DNA from: Gammaproteobacteria bacterium
Lineage (GTDB): Bacteria > Pseudomonadota > Gammaproteobacteria > Steroidobacterales > Rariloculaceae
Reading direction: 5' to 3'
Assembly (NCBI GenBank): GCA_022826245.1
Contig: JAJDVG010000010.1
Location: 70,801-134,800 of the forward strand
Length of the DNA stretch: 64,000 nt
Made by a program: the position numbers and the translations under genes. This document shows, piece by piece, positions 57,888-64,000 of the stretch (positions are counted from its first letter, which is position 1; each line of letters opens with the position of its first letter). Under the pieces are notes generated by a model that was given only the letters and a program-made list of their open reading frames with translations, had not been told where the DNA came from and ran no database searches.

Positions 57888-58108
57888 GTCTGTGGAAGCG
57901 GCTTTGATCGGGACTCCGAAATCCAGCCGCTACAATCATTTCCGCCAATTCGGCCCAGAAACGCAAAACCGGGCCTTCTATTAACAATCAATAACTTATA
58001 AGCACATCGCCGGTTCAGCCGCAAGAAAGTGCCGCAATAGGCTTGTTTCTCGCGCAAAACGTGGCCGGATGTGCATAAATCGTGGCCGGCGGTCGCCCGC
58101 ACGGGCGG

Positions 58109-58732
58109 TCAGGGGTGGGCAAGCAGGCCTTTGGAGAGCAGCAATTCCTTGAGCCGGCGCGCGGCCCGGTAGCGGTGGCTGACGGCGTTCTTGACGTGTG
58201 GATCGAGCTCGGCGGCCGTCGTGCCGAATGCCGGATCGTGGAAGACCGGGTCGTAGCCGAATCCGCCGCTCCCGGCGGGTTCGAGCGCGATGCGGCCGCG
58301 CCACTCGCCGTGCGCGACGAGCGGCGCGGGCTCGTCGGCGCGGATCAGCGCGACGATAACGCAATGAAAGCACGCGGCGCGCTGTTCCTCGGCCGTGCCT
58401 TCGAGGGCTTCGAGCAGACGGGCGACATTGGCGGCGGCATCGGCATTTGCCCCAGCGAACCGCGCCGAGCGGACCCCGGGCGCGCCGTCGAGCGCGTCGA
58501 CCGTCAGTCCGGAGTCGTCGGCGATCGCGGGCAAGCCGGTCAGGGCCGCGGCATGGCGTGCCTTGATCAGCGCGTTCTCGACGAAGCTTGCGCCCGTTTC
58601 GGCTGCACTATCGACGCCGAATTCGGACTGCGGAACGATATCGAGCCCGGTATCCGCGAGCAGCGAGCGAAACTCCCTGAGCTTGCCCGCGTTGCCGCTC
58701 GCCAGAACCCAGCGGGTTCCAGCGCCGGTCAT
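58109..58732 (-). CDS. rdgB: Non-canonical purine NTP pyrophosphatase RdgB
   Basis: Track ORF 58109..59332 trimmed to ATG 58732 (ATGA overlap with the rph stop), giving 207 aa. Motifs are [12 protein letters not shown] and GGFGYDPVF. Confidence 0.9.
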   Translation of the reverse strand: MTGAGTRWVLASGNAGKLREFRSLLADTGLDIVPQSEFGVDSAAETGASFVENALIKARHAAALTGLPAIADDSGLTVDALDGAPGVRSARFAGANADAAANVARLLEALEGTAEEQRAACFHCVIVALIRADEPAPLVAHGEWRGRIALEPAGSGGFGYDPVFHDPAFGTTAAELDPHVKNAVSHRYRAARRLKELLLSKGLLAHP

Positions 58733-59445
58733 TTCCCGAGCGCCGCGGCTTGCGCCGCGATCAGCGTCTCGATGCCCTTGCCCGCCAGGTCGAGCAACGC
58801 ATCGAGTTCGTTGCGCAGGAATGCGTGTCCCTCGGCCGTGCCCTGGACTTCCACGAAGCCCCCGGCCTCGTTCATGACCACGTTCATGTCGGTCTCGGCA
58901 TCGGAATCCTCGACATAATCGAGGTCGAGCACGGGGACGCCATCCACGATCCCGACCGACACGGCAGCGACCTGACCGTGGATGGGATCGCCGTCGATGC
59001 TTCGGCTCGCAAGCAGGTGGCGCGCCGCGAGCGCGAGCGCCACGTAGCCGCCGGAGATGGCGGCGGTGCGCGTGCCGCCGTCCGCCTGCAGCACGTCGCA
59101 ATCGATCGTGACCGTGCGCTCGCCGAGCGCCGCAAGGTCGACGACCGAGCGCAGGCTGCGGCCGATGAGGCGCTGGATCTCGAGCGTGCGCCCGCCCTGC
59201 CGGCCGCGCGCGGCTTCGCGCGGTGCTCGCGTGTGCGTGGCGCGCGGCAGCATGCCGTATTCGGCCGTCACCCAGCCCTGTCCGCGGCCCTTCAGGAACT
59301 GCGGGATCCGGTCCTCGATCGAGGCCGTGCACAGCACGTGCGTCGACCCGAACTCGGCGAGCACCGAACCCTCCGCATGTTTAGTGAAGCCCGGAACGAA
59401 ACGCACCGGGCGCATTTGATCGTCGCGGCGTCCGCTCGCGCGCAT
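58729..59445 (-). CDS. rph: Ribonuclease PH
   Basis: Track ORF 58729..60351 trimmed to ATG 59445, giving 238 aa. Motifs are [28 protein letters not shown] and [11 protein letters not shown]. Confidence 0.95.
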   Translation of the reverse strand: MRASGRRDDQMRPVRFVPGFTKHAEGSVLAEFGSTHVLCTASIEDRIPQFLKGRGQGWVTAEYGMLPRATHTRAPREAARGRQGGRTLEIQRLIGRSLRSVVDLAALGERTVTIDCDVLQADGGTRTAAISGGYVALALAARHLLASRSIDGDPIHGQVAAVSVGIVDGVPVLDLDYVEDSDAETDMNVVMNEAGGFVEVQGTAEGHAFLRNELDALLDLAGKGIETLIAAQAAALGK

Positions 59446-59664
59446 GATGTGCTCTCCGTAGGTTGGGGGGTGCCGCAAGCGGCAAAGGCAAATTTTAGCG
59501 CACTTCCCCGTGTTGCCGACGCGGCCGCTCGCTTGCGCGCGCGTACGGCGTCTCCCCGCAACGCCGCGGCGGGACCGGGATCGACCGGCAGCGGAATCGC
59601 CGACCGATGCGCGATAGACTTGTCGCCCGGAATACCTCTCGATTTCATTCGTGGACAAGGCACG

Positions 59665-60525
59665 ATGCCTCACAGCATGACGGGATTCGCGGCGGCGGCC
59701 ATCGTCGTCAAGCCGGTTGAACTCAACTGGGAACTGCGCAGCGTCAATCACCGCTTTCTCGACGTGCGCCTTCGCCTGCCCGACGAATTGCGCCACGCCG
59801 AAGCCGAATACCGCGACGTCATCGCCGCAGGCGTCAGGCGCGGGAGGGTCGAGTGCTCGCTCAAGGTGACGCCGTTGACTGCCGACTCCTCGACGGCGGA
59901 CGTTGACACCGGCGTGCTCGCGGGACTCGCGCGCCTGCAGGACGCCGTGCGCCGCGAAGTTCCCGACGCGAGCCCGTTCGCAGTCGCCGAATTGCTGCGC
60001 TGGTCGGGCGTGCTCAAGGCGCCCGAAGCCGCCGCCCTGCTCGAACCGGCCCGGCGCTGCCTGACGGAGGCGCTCGAGAGTCTCGGACGCGCGCGCCGCC
60101 GGGAGGGGGAGCGCATCGCCGAACTGCTCGTCGAACGCTGCGACGCGATCGCCTCGCTCGTGTCGGCAGTGCGTCCGCTGCTCGCGGAGGCCGAACAGGG
60201 CTACCGCGACAAGCTCACGGAGCGCTTCGAGCGGCTCGACATCAAGGCGCATCCGGAGCGCCTCGAACAGGAGCTCGTGCTCGTCGCCCAGCGCCTCGAC
60301 GTGAGCGAGGAAGTCGACCGCCTCGACGCGCACATCGCCGAGATTCGTCACGTGCTGGGCCGCGACGAGCCCGTGGGACGGCGGCTCGACTTTCTGATCC
60401 AGGAGCTCAACCGGGAAGCCAACACGCTTGCCTCGAAGGTAAACGATGCCGAGCTCACACGCTCGGCCGTGGACATCAAGGTACTCATCGAACAGATGCG
60501 CGAGCAGGTGCAGAACCTGGAGTGA
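59665..60525 (+). CDS. yicC: YicC-family stress-induced protein
   Basis: ATG 59665 inside track ORF 58750..60525. [11 protein letters not shown]...[12 protein letters not shown] parallels E. coli YicC MIRSMTAYARR...WEMRSVNQRYLE. The C-terminus reads [13 protein letters not shown]. Confidence 0.9.
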   Translation: MPHSMTGFAAAAIVVKPVELNWELRSVNHRFLDVRLRLPDELRHAEAEYRDVIAAGVRRGRVECSLKVTPLTADSSTADVDTGVLAGLARLQDAVRREVPDASPFAVAELLRWSGVLKAPEAAALLEPARRCLTEALESLGRARRREGERIAELLVERCDAIASLVSAVRPLLAEAEQGYRDKLTERFERLDIKAHPERLEQELVLVAQRLDVSEEVDRLDAHIAEIRHVLGRDEPVGRRLDFLIQELNREANTLASKVNDAELTRSAVDIKVLIEQMREQVQNLE

Positions 60526-60527
60526 GG

Positions 60528-61172
60528 ATGTCCGCAGCAGTTCCAGGGCGAGGCCGGTTCATCGTGCTCGCCGCGCCGTCCGGCGCGGGCAAGACCTCGC
60601 TGGTGCGCGAGCTTTTGCGGCGAAATCCGGATCTCAGGTTCTCCGTGTCTTATACGACACGCCCCCGTCGTCGCGAGGAAGTCGACGGCGAGGACTACCT
60701 TTTCGTGAGCCGGGAGGAGTTCGGGCAGATGGTCGAAGCGGGCGCGTTCCTCGAGCACGCGGAGGTCTTTGGCCACTGCTACGGCACCAGCCACGACCAT
60801 GTCGAATCGCTGCGCGCCGGCGGTCATACGGTCATGCTCGAGATCGACTGGCAGGGCGCGCGCCAGATTCGCGAAGCGGTCCCCGAAGCGACGAGCGTCT
60901 TCATACTGCCGCCGAGCATGGACGATCTCGAAAACCGTCTGCGCGGGCGCGGTACTGATTCCGACGAGACGATCGAGCGCCGGCTCAGCGACGCGGTCGG
61001 CGACATGACGCACTGGGACGAATTCGACTACGCGCTGATCAACGACGACCTCGAACGCGCGGCCGACGAACTCGCCGCTATCGTGAGCGGGCGCGACGGA
61101 GCGCACAGGACGGGCTCGGAAGCGCTGCGCGCGCGGATCGAGGCCATCCTCGACGATGCGGCGACCCGTTAG
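60528..61172 (+). CDS. gmk: Guanylate kinase
   Basis: Track ORF 60522..61172 (GTG), with ATG 60528 preferred (GGAG 5 nt upstream). It has the P-loop [10 protein letters not shown], plus [20 protein letters not shown] and EIDWQGA. Confidence 0.95.
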   Translation: MSAAVPGRGRFIVLAAPSGAGKTSLVRELLRRNPDLRFSVSYTTRPRRREEVDGEDYLFVSREEFGQMVEAGAFLEHAEVFGHCYGTSHDHVESLRAGGHTVMLEIDWQGARQIREAVPEATSVFILPPSMDDLENRLRGRGTDSDETIERRLSDAVGDMTHWDEFDYALINDDLERAADELAAIVSGRDGAHRTGSEALRARIEAILDDAATR

Positions 61173-61348
61173 CTTCCGGCGCCCCTCGGACGCGGGAAAG
61201 CTGCGGCAACCGGGTCCGATCCGATACTTGGACAAGCCTGATCGAATTGCTCGACAGAGCTGTGGGCAGAGTCGGGATCGGTACCGGAACCAAGCTTGTG
61301 TTTGGCGTGTTCGGGCAGTATCCTCTGCCGCCCGCCGGGGTACGACTC

Positions 61349-61570
61349 ATGAAGCCGGACATTCACCCACAATACGACGAGATCAGGGTCACGTGTAGCT
61401 GCGGCAACACGTTTGCAACCCGATCCACGCTCACGGGCGAACTGAGCGTCGAGGTTTGCTCTGCCTGCCACCCGTTTTATACCGGCAAGCAGAAGATCGT
61501 CGACACCGGCGGGCGCGTCGACAAGTTCCGGCGCCGTTACGGCCTCAGAGGCGGAGCAAAGACGAACTGA
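61349..61570 (+). CDS. rpmE: 50S ribosomal protein L31 (Zn-ribbon type)
   Basis: ATG 61349 inside track ORF 61247..61570 gives 73 aa: [20 protein letters not shown]...[13 protein letters not shown]. Confidence 0.95.
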   Translation: MKPDIHPQYDEIRVTCSCGNTFATRSTLTGELSVEVCSACHPFYTGKQKIVDTGGRVDKFRRRYGLRGGAKTN

Positions 61571-61621
61571 TTTCCCGCTCGCGCGGGTTCCCGTCTTTGG
61601 AGCCGAAGGCCGCTCTACTGC

Positions 61622-61627
61622 TATAAT
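61622..61627 (+). promoter_or_regulatory. Candidate -10 box (TATAAT) upstream of gltA
   Basis: A perfect TATAAT lies 114 nt upstream of ATG 61741. A possible -35 (TTGGAG, 61597-61602) has a long 19-nt spacer. Confidence 0.3.
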
Positions 61628-61740
61628 TGCGCGGTTTCGCGCGGCGTCCACGCAACGCGCCGTCGGCATGCCACACCGGAACCGACCCGCCCGAGCCACG
61701 GGACGGGCAAAAAATTGTTTGCGTTACGCAGGTGCGACAC

Positions 61741-63048
61741 ATGAGCGATGAGCACTACAGCCTTATCGAACCCAAGAACGGGCGTCAGCTAGACCTTCCA
61801 GTCCTCGAGCCGACGCTCGGTCCGAATGTGCTCAATCTGGCGGGGCTTTATTCGCAGTCTGGCGTCTTCACTTACGATCCCGGCTTCGGCGCGACCGCAA
61901 GCTGCACGAGCAATATCACCTACGTCGACGGGGAAGAGGGCGTGCTGCTGTACCGCGGCTACCCGATCGAGCAACTCGCCGAGCATTCCACTTTCATAGA
62001 GGTTGCCTACCTGCTGCTCCACGGTGAGCTGCCCACGGCCGAGCAGTTGCAGGTGTTCGAACATTCGATCCGCACGCACACGATGCTCAACGAATCGCTG
62101 CTGCGGTTCTTCAACGGCTTTCACCACAACGCCCACCCGATGGCGATGGTAACGGGCGTCGTCGCGTCAATGTCGGCTTTCTATCACGACACGACCGACA
62201 TCAACATGGAGCGCGACCGCAATGTCTTCGCGCACCGCATCATCGCGAAAATCCCGACCATTGCGGCGGCGGCCTACAAGCATTCCAAGGGGCAGCCGTT
62301 CGTCTATCCGCTCAACCACCTCGACTATTGCAGCAACATGCTGCACATGTTCTTCTCCGTGCCGTCGGCCATTTACGACGTCGATCCCGTCGCCGCCCAG
62401 GCGCTGGATCTGCTGTTCATCCTGCATGCCGACCACGAGCAGAACTGCAGCACGTCGACGGTCCGGCTCGCCGGCAGCTCGGGCACGAACCCCTACTCGG
62501 CGATCGCCGCGGGCATATCCGCGCTTTGGGGCCCCGCGCACGGCGGCGCCAACGAAGCGGTCATCAACATGCTCGAGGAGATCGGCTCGGCGAAGAACAT
62601 CGGCAAGTACATCGACCGCGCCAAGGACCGCAACGATCCGTTTCGGCTCATGGGCTTCGGTCATCGCGTCTACAAGAACTACGACCCGCGAGCCGCGATT
62701 ATCAGGAAGATGTGTCACCGGCTGCTCGAGCAGCTCAAGGCCAGCGACGCACCGCTGTTCGAACTGGCTCTCAGGCTCGAGGAGGTCGCGCTGCGGGACG
62801 AGTACTTCGTCGAGAAGAACCTCTACCCGAACGTCGACTTCTATTCCGGCATCATCTACCGCGCGCTCGGCATCCCGAAGTCGATGTTCACCGTCATGTT
62901 CGCGATCGCGCGATGCGTCGGCTGGGTCACGCACTGGCGCGAGATGGTCGCCGATCCCGGCACGCGGATCGGCCGGCCAAGGCAACTCTACCTCGGCCCG
63001 CCCCGGCGCGAATACCGCGCGATCGGCGAGCGCGAAGCCGCCGCCTAG
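61741..63048 (+). CDS. gltA: Citrate synthase (type II)
   Basis: Track ORF 61627..63048 trimmed to ATG 61741, giving 435 aa. Motifs are [29 protein letters not shown] and NVDFYSG. Confidence 0.95.
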   Translation: MSDEHYSLIEPKNGRQLDLPVLEPTLGPNVLNLAGLYSQSGVFTYDPGFGATASCTSNITYVDGEEGVLLYRGYPIEQLAEHSTFIEVAYLLLHGELPTAEQLQVFEHSIRTHTMLNESLLRFFNGFHHNAHPMAMVTGVVASMSAFYHDTTDINMERDRNVFAHRIIAKIPTIAAAAYKHSKGQPFVYPLNHLDYCSNMLHMFFSVPSAIYDVDPVAAQALDLLFILHADHEQNCSTSTVRLAGSSGTNPYSAIAAGISALWGPAHGGANEAVINMLEEIGSAKNIGKYIDRAKDRNDPFRLMGFGHRVYKNYDPRAAIIRKMCHRLLEQLKASDAPLFELALRLEEVALRDEYFVEKNLYPNVDFYSGIIYRALGIPKSMFTVMFAIARCVGWVTHWREMVADPGTRIGRPRQLYLGPPRREYRAIGEREAAA

Positions 63049-63659
63049 CGATCCGGGAGAAGCTCACGCACGCGGGCTTGTCCCGCGCGTTCCATGGGGC
63101 GCTGGTCGACCGGGCTCAGGGGCGCTTCACGCAGTCCCTTCTCGGCGAAGACGATCACCAGGATCCGTTCGCCGGCCCTGACGAAGCCGAAGCCGGGCAC
63201 GAGTTCGATCCTGCCGCCGCCGAAGCGGTAGCGGCGCTGACTTTCCTCGTATTCGATCCCGGCTCGAGCGAGAAACCCGGCAACGCTCTCCGGTGCGTCC
63301 ACGAACAGATGCAGCTCAATGGGGCTCGTGATCGTCGCCGTCCCCGAGAGCACGGGGCCGACGAGCCTGGGTTCGAACAAGGCCAGCATCTCCATCGCTT
63401 CCACGGCAACGCGGCGCAACCGGTCGACGCGATCGGACTGCGCCGCCGGGGCGAATATTCGCTGCCGCTCGGCCATGCAGGCCTCGATCTGCGCGTTGCT
63501 CGGCAGCATGCGGGTGCCGTTCACGGCGAGCCGCTCGGCCGCCTTGCGTTTGGCCAGGCGATAGTCGACGATGCCGTGTTCGATCATGAAGCGCGCGGCC
63601 TCCTGAGCCAGGCGCTCGCGAACGCCTGCCGCTGCGGCACGCGAATTGCCCTTCGGCAC
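63045..63659 (-). CDS. Conserved hypothetical protein
   Basis: Track ORF 63045..63908 trimmed to GTG 63659, which abuts the PBP stop. GC3 is high. I do not recognise the family, and the start is uncertain. Confidence 0.5.
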   Translation of the reverse strand: MPKGNSRAAAAGVRERLAQEAARFMIEHGIVDYRLAKRKAAERLAVNGTRMLPSNAQIEACMAERQRIFAPAAQSDRVDRLRRVAVEAMEMLALFEPRLVGPVLSGTATITSPIELHLFVDAPESVAGFLARAGIEYEESQRRYRFGGGRIELVPGFGFVRAGERILVIVFAEKGLREAPLSPVDQRPMERAGQARVRELLPDR

Positions 63660-64000
63660 TAGAAAATACGCTCGGGAGCCGGCGTCGGACGGCCGCGCGA
63701 CTCTTCCGCCGGCGCAATGGCCAGGATCGGATCGGGTTCGCGCTCGGGGATGTTGTCGATCCTGAACTTCTCGAACACCGCGTTCAGGGTCTTGTCGCTC
63801 GCGACCAGGCCGTTCGCCGGATTGATGCGCACGTCGACGATGCCGATCGGCCGCTCGAGCGCGTGCGGCGGCTGACCCTCGAGCGCTTCGCCCATGAAAT
63901 CGATCCACGCCGGGATCGCCGTGAAGCCGCCCTGCTCGTTGCCCCCGAGCGGCCGGTCCTCGTCGAAACCGACCCAGGCCACGGCGGCGACATCGGCGTT
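63659..64000 (-). CDS. mrcA: Penicillin-binding protein 1A, C-terminal end (5' part outside window)
   Basis: The minus-strand translation to the window edge reads NADVAAVAWVGFDEDRPLGGNEQGGFTAIPAWIDFMGEAL. This is typical of the end of a class A PBP transpeptidase domain. The stop is TAG at 63659-63661. Confidence 0.8.
   Translation of the reverse strand, partial: NADVAAVAWVGFDEDRPLGGNEQGGFTAIPAWIDFMGEALEGQPPHALERPIGIVDVRINPANGLVASDKTLNAVFEKFRIDNIPEREPDPILAIAPAEESRGRPTPAPERIF

Noticed and set aside
57931-57982. TACAAT hexamer followed by a GGCCC/GGGCC hairpin and TTCTATT, considered as a tiny sRNA gene
   Set aside because: There is no -35 element. The stem is only 5 bp with a 14-nt loop, and the implied transcript of about 40 nt has no support.
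57346-57984. 212-aa plus-strand ORF, plus 57716..58102 (-) and 57654..57887 (+), in the right part of the island
   Set aside because: Their translations are Cys/Arg/Ser-rich with no motifs. The first is antisense to the protein-like small ORF. None has a plausible ribosome-binding site.

Overview
This window is a high-GC bacterial chromosome segment (sampled 60-nt lines run about 60-70% G+C). Its gene order is typical of Gammaproteobacteria. From left to right it holds: def-fmt-rsmB-DUF4390-sensor kinase (minus) divergent from dprA-smg-topA-tsaC (plus); a Sel1/2OG-oxygenase gene, a 1006-aa TonB-dependent receptor and a signal-peptide KatG; a CDF transporter, an aminotransferase, and OPT and POT peptide transporters; tatABC, dtd and pyrF; a TRAP solute receptor, azurin and a coxMNOP-like haem-copper oxidase cluster (subunit II fused to two c-haem domains, subunit I, two subunit-III paralogues, subunit IV); TRAP dctQM, trkAH, uvrD, haem O/A synthases, bioBC, comF and ubiA; recG-ridA-spoT-rpoZ; then rdgB-rph / yicC-gmk, rpmE, gltA and the 3' end of a class A PBP. 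About 60 CDS are supported. By eye I found no rRNA, tRNA, CRISPR array or intact mobile element. Many long ORFs in the track are Arg/Pro/Gly-rich antisense artefacts of the high GC content. Several adjacent genes share 4-nt start/stop overlaps (GTGA/ATGA). The one clearly accessory stretch is about 54.8-58.1 kb, where G+C drops to about 45-50% exactly at a break in the conserved gmk-rpoZ junction. It contains a transposase-like N-terminal remnant and a PD-(D/E)XK (PDDEXK_4-like) nuclease gene with its own near-consensus promoter. It also holds a DUF1828/DUF1829-like gene overlapped by a small upstream ORF that carries an in-frame TAG, plus a DnaA-box-like palindrome. That cassette matches no named defence or toxin-antitoxin system I know, so it is my best candidate for an undescribed system. 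Other oddities are a perfect 29-bp inverted-repeat element (34851-34960), a pyrF with no canonical start codon upstream of its conserved N-terminus, a relic of a second oxygenase gene, a 14-nt duplication of the ubiA 3' end, and near-identical intragenic repeats in topA.
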